Shown: piece after piece, positions 30,858-40,502 of the stretch
How the letters are laid out: every line of letters starts with the position of its first letter
Numbering within the stretch: position 1 is the first letter of the stretch
Assembly (NCBI GenBank): GCA_038231135.1
Contig: JBBRLX010000004.1
Coordinates: forward strand, 32,001-96,000
DNA from: Candidatus Eiseniibacteriota bacterium
GTDB taxonomy: Bacteria; Eisenbacteria; RBG-16-71-46
DNA: 64,000 bases
Direction: 5' to 3'
Program-made: the position numbers and the translations under genes
The notes under the pieces: generated by a model
What the model saw: the letters and a program-made list of their open reading frames with translations, nothing else
Database searches by the model: none
What the model was told of the DNA's origin: nothing

Positions 30858-32636
30858 TTGTCCATGGCGACCACGTCCGAAGACCGGCCCGATGTCGTCC
30901 ACTACCCGGGCGGCGAAGCGCTGTATCGCCTGCGCCACTCTGCGGCCCATGTACTCGCGACCGCGGTCACCGAGCTGTTCCCGGACGTGAAGGTCGCGGG
31001 CGGCCCGCCGATCGAGAACGGGTTCTACTACGACTTCGCGAAGGACACGCCGTTCACGCCCGAGGATCTCGAGCGCATCGAGGCGCGCATGCGCGAGATC
31101 GTGGCGGCGCAGCAGCCGATTGAATACCGTGAGACCACGCGCGACGAGGCTCGAGCGCGCTTCGAGAAGACGGGAGAGAAGTACAAGCTCCACTTCCTGT
31201 CGATGATCCCCGAGGGCGCCAAGGTCACGTACTACGTGAACGGCGAGTTCGTCGACCTGTGCCGCGGCCCGCACGTCGCGACGACCGGCGATCTCGCGGC
31301 GTTCAAGCTCACCCACAACGCCGGCGCCTACTGGCTGGGCAACGAACGCAACGAGATGCTGCAGCGCATCTACGGCACCGCGTTCGCCACCACGGCCGAG
31401 CTGGACGAGCACCTGCAGCGCATCGAGGAGTCGCTCAAGCGCGATCACCGGCGGCTCGGCAAGGACCTCGAGCTGTACTCGATCCACGACGAGGTGGGCT
31501 CCGGGCTCATCCACTGGCACCCGCATGGCGGCATGGTGCGGCACCTGATGGAGGTGTTCTGGAAGGAGGAGCACCTCAAGCGCGGCTACCAGTTCGTCTA
31601 TACGCCGCACCTGGCGAGCGAGAAGCTCTACGCGATCTCCGGCCACCTGCAGAACTATGCCGAACTGATGTACTCGCCGATGGACATCGACGGCCAGCCC
31701 TACCGGGTCAAGCCGATGAACTGTCCGGGGCACATCATGATCTACACCACCCGCCGCCACAGCTATCGCGAGCTGCCGATCCGCATGGCGGAGCTGGGTA
31801 CGGTGTATCGCTACGAGCGCAGCGGCGTGCTGCACGGCATGGAGCGCGTGCGCGGCTTCACGCAGGACGACTCGCACATCTTCTGCACCCGCGAGCAGCT
31901 CGCCGGCGAGGTGGAGGGGATCCTCGACCTGATGGATTTCCTGCTCAAGACCTACGGCTACGAATACGTGGCGTTCCTCGCCACCCGGCCGGCCGAGAAC
32001 TACCTGGGCACCGACGAGGAGTGGGAGTTCGCCACGAACGCGCTGCGCCAGGCGCTCGAGCACCGCGGGCTGCCGTACGAGGTGGACGAGGGTGGCGGCG
32101 CGTTCTATGCGCCCAAGATCGACGTGAAGCTGAAGGATGCGCTGGGCCGCCAGTGGCAGTGCCCGACGATCCAGGTCGATCTCAACCTGCCCAAGCGCTT
32201 CGGCGTGACCTATACCGGTCCCGACGGGCAGGAGCACGAGTGCATCATGCTGCACCGCGCGCTCTATGGCTCGCTCGAGCGATTCATGGGCATCTACATC
32301 GAGCACACCGGCGGCGAATTCCCGGTATGGATCGCTCCGGTGCAGGCGATGGTGATCCCGGCGAATCCCAGGGCGCTCGACTATGCGAACGACACGGCGC
32401 GCATGCTGCACGCGGCCGGCGTGCGCACGGAGATCGATCTGCGCGACGAGAAGATGGGGGCGAAGATCCGCGACGCCGAGCTGGCGAAGATCCCCTACAT
32501 GCTCGTGGTGGGCCCGCGCGAAGCCGAGGCGGGAACGGTGTCCCCGCGCCGCAAGGGCGTGGGACAGCTCGAGGCGATGACCCGCCAGGCGTTCATCGAC
32601 CGGGTGCTCGAGGAGAGCCGCACGCGCACCGCTTGA
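30858..32636 (+). CDS. thrS: Threonine--tRNA ligase (short form without TGS domain)
   Basis: RHSAAH, DLCRGPH, KPMNCPGH, RVRGFTQDD, GAFYAPKID, MLHRA. Confidence 0.97.
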   Translation: MSMATTSEDRPDVVHYPGGEALYRLRHSAAHVLATAVTELFPDVKVAGGPPIENGFYYDFAKDTPFTPEDLERIEARMREIVAAQQPIEYRETTRDEARARFEKTGEKYKLHFLSMIPEGAKVTYYVNGEFVDLCRGPHVATTGDLAAFKLTHNAGAYWLGNERNEMLQRIYGTAFATTAELDEHLQRIEESLKRDHRRLGKDLELYSIHDEVGSGLIHWHPHGGMVRHLMEVFWKEEHLKRGYQFVYTPHLASEKLYAISGHLQNYAELMYSPMDIDGQPYRVKPMNCPGHIMIYTTRRHSYRELPIRMAELGTVYRYERSGVLHGMERVRGFTQDDSHIFCTREQLAGEVEGILDLMDFLLKTYGYEYVAFLATRPAENYLGTDEEWEFATNALRQALEHRGLPYEVDEGGGAFYAPKIDVKLKDALGRQWQCPTIQVDLNLPKRFGVTYTGPDGQEHECIMLHRALYGSLERFMGIYIEHTGGEFPVWIAPVQAMVIPANPRALDYANDTARMLHAAGVRTEIDLRDEKMGAKIRDAELAKIPYMLVVGPREAEAGTVSPRRKGVGQLEAMTRQAFIDRVLEESRTRTA

Positions 32637-32662
32637 GACGGCGGGGCAGGCGGGGCAGGCCC

Positions 32663-32691
32663 TTGCCTTTCGCCTCCGAACCGGGTAGCCT
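32663..32691 (+). promoter_or_regulatory. Sigma70-type promoter for the infC operon
   Basis: TTGCCT-N17-TAGCCT. Confidence 0.6.
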
Positions 32692-32699
32692 GCAGTTCG

Positions 32700-32852
32700 T
32701 AATTTCCAAGCAGGAGCCCGCTTCCGGCTTCTCACCCCCGCGGACCCACAGGGTTTCGCTCCGGGGTTCTCGCTTCGCCGCATCTCCGTGATGACGGCAT
32801 CCGGCTTACGCCGGGCGGGGTTCTGCGTGGAATTCCCTGCCCGGCGTTTTGC
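32700..32852 (+). ncRNA. Putative ribosomal protein L20 leader
   Basis: 5' UTR of infC-rpmI-rplT containing AAGCAGGAGCCCGCTTC..CTTCTCACC and a later GGCGGGTTCTGC, followed by a hairpin and TTTT; resembles the Firmicutes-type L20 leader. Confidence 0.55.
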
Positions 32853-32905
32853 ATGCGCGCATGCGCGTCCGGGCCGTCCAGCACTCCTCACCGGAGGTGA
32901 CAGCC

Positions 32906-33529
32906 ATTTCGGCACCCAAGACACCCGAAGTCCGGGTCAACGACCGCATTCGCGTCCCCCAGGTGCGGGTGATCGGGGACGATGGATCGCAGGTTGGTGT
33001 GCTCCCCACGCGCGAAGCGCTGTTGCTCGCGCAGTCCAAAGGCCTCGACCTCGTCGAAGTCTCGCCCACGGCACGTCCCCCGGTGTGCCGCATCATGGAC
33101 TACGGGAAATTCAAGTACGAGCAGAACCGCAGGGCGCGCAAGGCCAAGAAGAAGCAGCACCAGATGCAGCTCAAGGAAGTGAAGATGCGCCCGAAGATCG
33201 ACGACCACGACTATGACTTCAAGATGAACCACGCGCGCGACTTCCTGAATGGGCGCGACAAGGTGAAGTTCACGATCACGTTCCGCGGGCGCGAAATCGC
33301 GCACCAGGACATCGGCCACGTGCTGATCCAGCGGATCATCGCGGAACTCACCGACGTATCGACCGTCGAATCGCCGCCGCGCTCCGAGGGGCGGTCACTT
33401 ACGACGGTGCTGATGCCGAAACCGCCCAAGACGGGCGGCAAGGAGTCCGAGAAACCCAGTGGCGCGGCGGACGGCAAGTCCGCGCCGATGTCCTCCGGCG
33501 TCCGTATGGAAGCCGGCATCAAGGAGTAA
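32906..33529 (+). CDS. infC: Translation initiation factor IF-3, AUU start
   Basis: GGAGGT RBS 7 nt before an in-frame ATT; RVNDRI, LDLVEVSP, PPVCRIMDYGKFKY. Confidence 0.97.
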   Translation: MSAPKTPEVRVNDRIRVPQVRVIGDDGSQVGVLPTREALLLAQSKGLDLVEVSPTARPPVCRIMDYGKFKYEQNRRARKAKKKQHQMQLKEVKMRPKIDDHDYDFKMNHARDFLNGRDKVKFTITFRGREIAHQDIGHVLIQRIIAELTDVSTVESPPRSEGRSLTTVLMPKPPKTGGKESEKPSGAADGKSAPMSSGVRMEAGIKE

Positions 33530-33535
33530 CCGCAG

Positions 33536-33733
33536 ATGCCCAAGCAGAAGACCAACCGTGCCGCCGCCAAGCGATTCAAGCTGACGGGGAGCGGAAAGGC
33601 GAAACGGGCCCGTTCGGGCCTGCGCCATGGAATGATCGGCAAGCCTCGCGGCCGCAAGCGCAAGCTCGTGGGCATGGTGATGGTGGCCGATGTCGACCAG
33701 CCGCGCGTGCTGCGGATGCTCGGCAAGCGCTGA
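33536..33733 (+). CDS. rpmI: 50S ribosomal protein L35
   Basis: MPKQKTNRAAAKRFKLTGSGK. Confidence 0.96.
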   Translation: MPKQKTNRAAAKRFKLTGSGKAKRARSGLRHGMIGKPRGRKRKLVGMVMVADVDQPRVLRMLGKR

Positions 33734-33803
33734 CACTCGTTCGAATCCGGACCATATGCCCCCGTCCTGCGGTCGGCCGCATCGGGGTATGGAGGTTTGA
33801 GTC

Positions 33804-34160
33804 ATGCCACGTTCCAAAACCGTCGTTCCCGGCCGCGCCCGGCGCCGCAAGGTGCTCACCGCGGCCAAGGGCAATTTCAGCGGACGCCGCAAGCTGTACA
33901 AGACCGCGCTCCAGACCGTGCAGCGCGCGGGCCAGTTCGCCTGGGAACACCGGCGGCTCAAGAAGCGCGACTTCCGGCGGCTGTGGATCACGCGCATCAA
34001 CGCGGCGGCGCGCATCAACGGGCTGTCGTACAACTTGCTGATCTCGGGCCTCAAACGCGCGAACATCGAGGTCAACCGGAAGCTGCTCGCCGACCTCGCC
34101 GTGCGTGACGAGGCGGCGTTCGCGAAGCTCGCGGAGGTTGCGAAGTCGGCGGCGGCGTGA
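33804..34160 (+). CDS. rplT: 50S ribosomal protein L20
   Basis: [28 protein letters not shown]. Confidence 0.97.
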   Translation: MPRSKTVVPGRARRRKVLTAAKGNFSGRRKLYKTALQTVQRAGQFAWEHRRLKKRDFRRLWITRINAAARINGLSYNLLISGLKRANIEVNRKLLADLAVRDEAAFAKLAEVAKSAAA

Positions 34161-35371
34161 GCTCCGGCACCCAGTCGCTGGTGCGGGGGCTGGAGCCGCA
34201 ATGGGAGGCCGCGGACCCCGCGGGCATCCTGCCGGACTGGTCCGGACGGCACGCGGAGCTGGCGGCCGCCGATCCGGACGTGGCGCACGCGGTCGCGGCC
34301 TATGCCGCGGTGATCGCTGGGGCTCCCGATCGCGCGGCACTGGTGGACCGGTTCGCCGCGGCACTGGGGCGGGAGCGCGGCGACCTGACTCGCGCGCTCG
34401 CCGAGCTGCCAGCGCTGCCCATCGAGCAGCGCCGTGTCCGCGGCAGGTCGCTCAACCTCGCGAAGCGGCTGCTCGAGGCGCTGCACCAGGCGGCGCTCGA
34501 GCGCGCCGACCGCGCGGCCGAGTTGAAGGACGCCGAGGACCCCACGCTGCCGGGCCGTCGCCCGTGGGTGGGACGCCGCCACGTGCTGAACCAGATCTAC
34601 GACGAGCTGCTCGACCTGTTCCACGGCCTCGGGTATTCGGTGTACACGAGCCCCGAGGTCGAGCACGACACCTACAACTTCGGCCGGCTCAACTTTCCCC
34701 CCGACCACCCGGCGCGCGACGCGCACGACACGTACTTCGTGGCGCCCCGCGGCGCTCCGCCCCGGCATGCCGGCGAGGCTGTGGCGCCCGGCGCCGCCGG
34801 CCCCGCGCGCGACGTGCTGCTGCGCACGCACACCTCGCCGGGCTGGGTGCGCGCGATGGAGACCCAAGAGCCGCCGCTGCGGCTGGTGTTCCCGGGGCGC
34901 GTGTATCGCGCGGAGCAGGTCGACGCGAGCCACATGGACCAGTTCCACCAGATCGACGGACTCTATGTCGACCGCAACGTCAGCATGGCGGATCTCAAGA
35001 GCACGCTGAACACGTTCGCGCGCTCGATCTACGGCGCCGGCGTGCGCACGCGCATCATTCCAATCTACTTCCCGTTCGTCGAGCCCGGCGCGCAGATGGA
35101 CGTGTCGTGCGTGATCTGCGACGGCGCGGGCGCGGTCAAGGACGGCGACGGGATGCGCCGCTGCAGCGTGTGCAAGGGCTCGGGCTGGCTCGAAGTGCTG
35201 GGATCGGGCATGGTGCATCCCAACGTGTTTCGCGCCGTGGGCTACGATCCCGAACAGGTCACCGGGTTCGCGTTCGGCATGGGCATCGAGCGCATCGCCA
35301 TGCTGCGCCACGGCATTCCCGAGATCCGGTGGTTCCTCGAGAACGACCTGAGATTCCTCGACAAGTTCTGA
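34157..35371 (+). CDS. pheS: Phenylalanine--tRNA ligase alpha subunit
   Basis: [39 protein letters not shown]; CxxC...CxxC insert. Confidence 0.96.
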   Translation: MSSGTQSLVRGLEPQWEAADPAGILPDWSGRHAELAAADPDVAHAVAAYAAVIAGAPDRAALVDRFAAALGRERGDLTRALAELPALPIEQRRVRGRSLNLAKRLLEALHQAALERADRAAELKDAEDPTLPGRRPWVGRRHVLNQIYDELLDLFHGLGYSVYTSPEVEHDTYNFGRLNFPPDHPARDAHDTYFVAPRGAPPRHAGEAVAPGAAGPARDVLLRTHTSPGWVRAMETQEPPLRLVFPGRVYRAEQVDASHMDQFHQIDGLYVDRNVSMADLKSTLNTFARSIYGAGVRTRIIPIYFPFVEPGAQMDVSCVICDGAGAVKDGDGMRRCSVCKGSGWLEVLGSGMVHPNVFRAVGYDPEQVTGFAFGMGIERIAMLRHGIPEIRWFLENDLRFLDKF

Positions 35372-35429
35372 TCCCGCCGTCCACGCCGTTGATCGCCGTG
35401 GACTCTGTGATGGGGAGCATCTAGCGAGC

Positions 35430-37964
35430 ATGAAGCTGTCACTCACGTGGCTGCGGGACTGGATCGACGTCGACGTAGCGCCCGAACTCATCGCCGACGC
35501 GCTGACCCGCCGCGGGTTCTACGTGGAGGGCATCGAGACGCACGGGCCGCGGTTCACCGGCGTCGTCGTGGCCCGGTTGCTGGCGGTCGAGAAGCATCCC
35601 AACGCCGACAAGCTGTCACTCACGCGGGTCGACGCCGGCGGCGGCGAGCTGCGCGTGGTGTGCGGCGCGCCCAACGTGCGCGCCGGCATGATCGTGCCGC
35701 TCGCCACCATCGGCGCCCGTCTGCCCGGCGGGCTCGTGATCCGCAAGAGCAAGATCCGCGGCGAGGAGAGCCAGGGCATGCTGTGCTCGGCGCGCGAGCT
35801 GGAGCTGAGCGACGAGCACGACGGCATCGTCGACCTCGAACGACGGTTCGCCGCGGAGGCACTCGTGCCGGGACGGCCGCTCGAGGAGCTGCTCGGCCCC
35901 GCGGAAACGGTGCTCGAGGTCGAGATGCCGTTCAACCGTCCGGACGGCATGGGCGTGCTGGGGCTCGCGCGCGAGGTGAAGGCGGCGTTCGGCGGCGCCT
36001 GGACACCCGCGGCGCGCGCGCGACTCGCGAATCGCTGGCAGCCGCCGGCGGGCGCCTCGTTCGATCTCGAGTTGGAAGACACGGAGGGCTGCCCGCGCTA
36101 CCTGGCGCAGGCGATCCGCGGCGTCACGATCGCGCCCTCGCCCGACTGGCTGCGGCGGCGGCTCGAGGCGACGGGGCAGCGTCCGATCAACAACATCGTC
36201 GATGTCACGAACTTCGTGCTGTTCGAGCTCGGCCAGCCGCTGCACGCGTTCGACCTCGACCGCCTGGGCGGCCCCGCGATCCGCGTGCGCCGCGCCCGTG
36301 CCGGGGAGCGGATCGTCACGCTCGACGACAAGGAGCGCGAGCTGGATCCCGAGGTGCTGGTGATCGCGGACCGCGACGGACCGGTGGCGGTCGCGGGGGT
36401 GATGGGCGGCGCACGCAGCGAGGTCCACGCCGGCACCACGGCCCTGCTGCTCGAGTGCGCATGGTTCCAGCCGCGGCGCGTGCGGCGCGGTGCGCGGCGG
36501 CTCGGACTGTCGACCGAGGCCTCGAAGCGTTACGAGCGCGGCGTCGATCCCGGCATCGGCGCCGTGGCCATGGCGCGATTCCTCGAGCTGCTGCGCGAGG
36601 TCGCGCCCGGCGCCACGCCCGGCACGGCCGCCGAGCGCAACCTGGACACCCAGGCTCCGGTGACGCTTGCGCTGCGCAGCTCGCGGTGCGCGCGCGTGAT
36701 CGGCATGCCGGTCGCGGCGGCCGACGCGGCGCGCCATCTGCGGGCGCTCGAGTTCGGCGTCCAGGGCTTGGACCCGATGACGGTCACGGTGCCGAGCTGG
36801 CGCGTGGATGTGACGCTCGAGGACGACCTGGTGGAGGAGGTGGCGCGGTCGCAGGGCTACGACGCCATCCCCGAGGCGCCGCTCGAGACCGGCGGCGCGT
36901 ATGCCCGGCGCAGCCCCGCGGAGAAGGCGTTCGAGCGCGCGCGCGCCGCGATGCTGGCGCGCGGCCTGACCGAAGCCTGTTGCTCCGCGCTGCTGTCGGA
37001 GGGCGAGGCGGTGGCGACCGCGGCGCTGCTCGGCGACGGCCCCGCGGCGCTGGTCCGGCTCGACAACCCCATGAGCCGCGAGAGCGAGGTGCTGCGCCCC
37101 AATCTGCTGGGTGGGCTGCTGCGCGCCTGCGCTCACAATCTCAAGCAGGGAACCGCCGGCGTGCGGCTGTTCGAGATCGGCCACGGCTTCACGTGGGGCG
37201 CACCGCCGGGAACGAACGTCGGCACCGGTCGCGCGACGCAGGGTCGCAACGCGACCACGGAGGGTGACGACGCCGGCCGTCCCGCCTCACATGCGGGGCA
37301 GGCCGCCGTCGCCAGGTCGCTGCCGGTCGAAACCGTGATGATCGCGGCGCTCGTCACCGGGCCGCGTTACGCGCACGCCCACGACGCGACGCAGCAACTC
37401 GTGGATGCCGCCGACGCGCGCGGGCTGTGGGAGGCATGGCTCGACGAGTTGCGCGTTGACACCCCCGTATGGCGGGCATATTCTGGCCAAGGCTGGAAAC
37501 CCGGTGCCAGCGCGGAAGTTGCAAGCGCGGCTTCACGCATCGGTTGGGCCGGAACGCTGGGTCAATCGCTGCTGCGCGAGTGGGAAATCGAAGCTCCGGT
37601 GCACGTGTTCGTGGCACTGCTCGAGCCGCTCGTCCACTCGACCGTCGCGACGCGCCGGGCGGTGGCACCCGGACGGTTCCCGCCGGTGCGGCGCGATGTG
37701 GCGTTCTTCGTGCCGGATCGCGTCACGCATGGCCAGCTCGAGCGCTCGCTGACGGACGCGGCCGGCGATCGGCTGGCGGGCATCGAACTGTTCGACGTTT
37801 ACGCTGGTCCCGGAACTCCGGCGGCCATGAAGAGCATGGCGTTCGCGCTCCAGTTTCAGCATCCGGAGCGCACGATGACGGAGGCCGAGGTCCAGGCCAT
37901 TCAGGACCGCATGGTGACGGCAGTCGCGACGGAATGCGGCGGCCGCTTGAGAGACAACAAATGA
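35430..37964 (+). CDS. pheT: Phenylalanine--tRNA ligase beta subunit
   Basis: HPNADKL, VCGAPN, INNIVDVTN, GQPLHAFD, DLVEEVAR, FPPVRRD. Confidence 0.96.
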   Translation: MKLSLTWLRDWIDVDVAPELIADALTRRGFYVEGIETHGPRFTGVVVARLLAVEKHPNADKLSLTRVDAGGGELRVVCGAPNVRAGMIVPLATIGARLPGGLVIRKSKIRGEESQGMLCSARELELSDEHDGIVDLERRFAAEALVPGRPLEELLGPAETVLEVEMPFNRPDGMGVLGLAREVKAAFGGAWTPAARARLANRWQPPAGASFDLELEDTEGCPRYLAQAIRGVTIAPSPDWLRRRLEATGQRPINNIVDVTNFVLFELGQPLHAFDLDRLGGPAIRVRRARAGERIVTLDDKERELDPEVLVIADRDGPVAVAGVMGGARSEVHAGTTALLLECAWFQPRRVRRGARRLGLSTEASKRYERGVDPGIGAVAMARFLELLREVAPGATPGTAAERNLDTQAPVTLALRSSRCARVIGMPVAAADAARHLRALEFGVQGLDPMTVTVPSWRVDVTLEDDLVEEVARSQGYDAIPEAPLETGGAYARRSPAEKAFERARAAMLARGLTEACCSALLSEGEAVATAALLGDGPAALVRLDNPMSRESEVLRPNLLGGLLRACAHNLKQGTAGVRLFEIGHGFTWGAPPGTNVGTGRATQGRNATTEGDDAGRPASHAGQAAVARSLPVETVMIAALVTGPRYAHAHDATQQLVDAADARGLWEAWLDELRVDTPVWRAYSGQGWKPGASAEVASAASRIGWAGTLGQSLLREWEIEAPVHVFVALLEPLVHSTVATRRAVAPGRFPPVRRDVAFFVPDRVTHGQLERSLTDAAGDRLAGIELFDVYAGPGTPAAMKSMAFALQFQHPERTMTEAEVQAIQDRMVTAVATECGGRLRDNK
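37456..37484 (+). promoter_or_regulatory. Internal sigma70-type promoter within pheT
   Basis: TTGACA-N17-TATTCT about 480 nt upstream of zapB. Confidence 0.6.
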
Positions 37965-38257
37965 CCGAAACCGCGTTGATGACGACCGACCTCGACCGGC
38001 TCGCCGAGCGGGTCGAGAAGGCGGCGCTGCTGGTGCAGAAGCTGCGCGACGATCAGGAAAAGCTCACGCGCGACCGCGACGAGCTGTCGCTGCGCCTCCA
38101 GGAACTCGAGCGCAAGCTCCAGGGCCAGGATGCGACTGTGGTGGTCCAGGAGCTGGGCGGCTTGCGCCGCGAGCAGAAGGAATGGCACAGCGAGCGGCGC
38201 GACGTGGCGTCCCGCATCGAGGGCATGCTCAAGAAACTCGAGAAGCTCGAAGCCTGA
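37961..38257 (+). CDS. zapB: ZapB-like coiled-coil cell division protein
   Basis: ATGA overlap with pheT; LDRLAERVEKA...RIEGMLKKL coiled coil; position before zapA. Confidence 0.7.
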   Translation: MTETALMTTDLDRLAERVEKAALLVQKLRDDQEKLTRDRDELSLRLQELERKLQGQDATVVVQELGGLRREQKEWHSERRDVASRIEGMLKKLEKLEA

Positions 38258-38286
38258 CGGAACACCCAGCAACGATGGGAGGCGAC

Positions 38287-38598
38287 GTGATCCCCAAGAA
38301 CGTGGTCCAGGTCGAGATCTTCGGCCACTCGTACACGATCAAGGGCGAGGCCAACCAGGACTACATCCTCGAGGTCGCGGCGTTCGTCGACCGCCGGATG
38401 CGGGAGATCACGGAGAAGCTGCCCGTGGCCTCGTTGTCGAAGGTGGCGATCCTCGCGTCGCTCAACATCGCGGACGAATTATTCAAGGAGCGCGCCCGTC
38501 GGGAGACCGAGGAGCGCGACCTGCGCGACTTCAGCACCCGCACCGCGCAGCTCACCGCGGTTCTGGACGAGGTGATCCAGAGCGCGTCGCCGAAGTAG
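38287..38598 (+). CDS. zapA: Cell division protein ZapA
   Basis: GGGAGG RBS; VEIFGHSYTI...VDRRM...AILASLNIADE. Confidence 0.92.
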   Translation: MIPKNVVQVEIFGHSYTIKGEANQDYILEVAAFVDRRMREITEKLPVASLSKVAILASLNIADELFKERARRETEERDLRDFSTRTAQLTAVLDEVIQSASPK

Positions 38599-38632
38599 CG
38601 GCGGCGGAAGTCGCGGACGAGCCGCGCGGCCA

Positions 38633-38837
38633 GAGTTCCCTGCCGTATGCGTGATGCCACGGCGTTCTTGAACCAACATTTCCACAAAGGGTGTTCCGGT
38701 GGCCGGCGACGCTGGACTCCGGGACCGCGTGTGACGCTGCACGCGGGACCGGGACGTGAGCCGACCCGGTCGTCAGGATTACCCACCTGGTTCTCCAGGT
38801 CTCAAGAACCCGAAAACACACGGTTCGGCGGGGATTC
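38633..38837 (+). ncRNA. ssrS: 6S RNA
   Basis: Between zapA and rny; terminal pairing TCCCTGCCG / CGGCGGGGA, TTCTTGA / TCAAGAA stem, AAAGGG and CCCACC segments around a central bubble. Confidence 0.85.
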
Positions 38838-38903
38838 ATTCCTGCCTGGGGCTCCGGACCGGAATCGCCGACGGCGATGTCCGGGGCTCTCGGGGAGATC
38901 GAC

Positions 38904-40466
38904 ATGCAATTCCTATGGACCGTCGGCGGCATCCTCGCAGGTGCCGTCGTGGCGTTCGTGCTGGGATATTCCCTGCGTGCGCAGCTTGGCCGTTCCCGCC
39001 TGCAGGGCGCCGAACACCGTGCCCAGAGTCTGACCGAAGCGTCGCAACGCGAGGCCGAGGCGCTCAAACGCAATGCCGTGCTCGAAGGCCGCGAGGAGGC
39101 GCTGCGCCTCAAGCAGCAGGTCGAGCGCGAAATGCTGCAGGCCAAGAACGCCCAGCTCGCCACTGAGCGGGCGTTCCAGGAGAAGGAAGCGGCGTTCAAC
39201 CGCCGCGTCGAGTTGATCGAGAAGAAGGACCGCGACTTGAAGCGCTCGGAGCAGGACATCTCCCAGCGCGAGTCGACCGTCGGCGCCCGCGGCCAGGAAC
39301 TGGACGTGCTGGTGCAGGAGCAACGCACGCGGCTCGAGAGGATCGCCGGCCTCAACGCAGCCGACGCCCGGCTGCAGCTGATCGGCTCGATCGAGAACGA
39401 GGCGCGCGCGGAGGCATCGCGTCGCACGGTCGAGATCCGCGACACCGCGCAGCGCAACGCCGAGCGCGAGGCGCGCAAGATCATCGTGCTCGCCATGCAG
39501 CGCTACGCTGCCGACCACGTGTCGGAATCGTCGGTGTCGGTGGTGCATCTGCCGAGCGACGAGATGAAGGGCCGGATCATCGGGCGCGAGGGCCGCAACA
39601 TCCGCTCGTTCGAAGTGATCACCGGCGTCGACGTGATCATCGACGACACGCCCGAGGCGGTGATCCTGTCGGGATTCGACCCGGTGCGCCGCGAGATCGC
39701 GCGGCTGTCGCTCGAGCGGCTGGTGGCCGACGGCCGCATCCACCCGGCTCGCATCGAGGAGGTCGTGGCCAAGGTCAAGACCGAGATCGAGAACAAGATC
39801 CGCGAGCTGGGCGAGATGGCGTGCGTGGAGGTAGGCGTTCACGGCGTCCAGTCCGAGCTGATGAACCTGCTCGGGCGGCTCCATTACCGCACGTCCTACG
39901 GCCAGAACATCCTGCGCCACTCGATCGAAGTCGCGCACCTGACCGGCATGATGGCGGCCGAGATCGGCATGGACCAGAAGATGGCGAAGCGCGCCGGGCT
40001 CATGCACGACATCGGCAAGGCGATCGACCACGATCACGAAGGCAGCCATCCCGCGCTGGGCATGGAGGTCGCGACGCGCTACGGCGAGCCGCAGCCGGTG
40101 CTGGAGGCGATCGGCTACCACCACGACGACTACGCCGGCGGCAGCCTGTGGCCGGTGCTGGTGTCGGCCGCCGACGCGATCTCGGGCGCGCGGCCCGGCG
40201 CCCGGCGCGAGAGCCTCGAGATCTACATCAAGCGCCTCGAGGCGCTCGAGAAGATCGCGAACGGTTTCGCCGGGGTCGAGAAGTCGTATGCGATCCAGGC
40301 CGGCCGCGAGGTGCGCATCATGGTCGAGCACAACAAGGTCGACGACGCCCGCGCCCAGGGTCTCGCCACCGACATCGCGCGTCGCATCGAGAAGGAACTC
40401 GAATACCCCGGCCAGATCCGCGTCACCGTGATCCGCGAGACGCGGGCGGTGGACTACGCGAAGTAG
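38904..40466 (+). CDS. rny: Ribonuclease Y
   Basis: N-terminal TM, coiled coil, KH domain ([13 protein letters not shown]), HD domain (HDIGK), YAIQAGRE. Confidence 0.97.
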   Translation: MQFLWTVGGILAGAVVAFVLGYSLRAQLGRSRLQGAEHRAQSLTEASQREAEALKRNAVLEGREEALRLKQQVEREMLQAKNAQLATERAFQEKEAAFNRRVELIEKKDRDLKRSEQDISQRESTVGARGQELDVLVQEQRTRLERIAGLNAADARLQLIGSIENEARAEASRRTVEIRDTAQRNAEREARKIIVLAMQRYAADHVSESSVSVVHLPSDEMKGRIIGREGRNIRSFEVITGVDVIIDDTPEAVILSGFDPVRREIARLSLERLVADGRIHPARIEEVVAKVKTEIENKIRELGEMACVEVGVHGVQSELMNLLGRLHYRTSYGQNILRHSIEVAHLTGMMAAEIGMDQKMAKRAGLMHDIGKAIDHDHEGSHPALGMEVATRYGEPQPVLEAIGYHHDDYAGGSLWPVLVSAADAISGARPGARRESLEIYIKRLEALEKIANGFAGVEKSYAIQAGREVRIMVEHNKVDDARAQGLATDIARRIEKELEYPGQIRVTVIRETRAVDYAK

Positions 40467-40502
40467 CCGGGAACGCGCCCAACCGTTCCTGAGGAGTCAC
40501 CC

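Noticed and set aside
32849..32905. TTG/ATG upstream starts for infC suggested by the ORF track
   Set aside because: The strong SD sits 7 nt before the ATT at 32906, matching the known AUU initiation of infC.
33755..33790. Hairpin between rpmI and rplT
   Set aside because: Real inverted repeat next to the rplT RBS, but no U-tract or family match to support a functional call.
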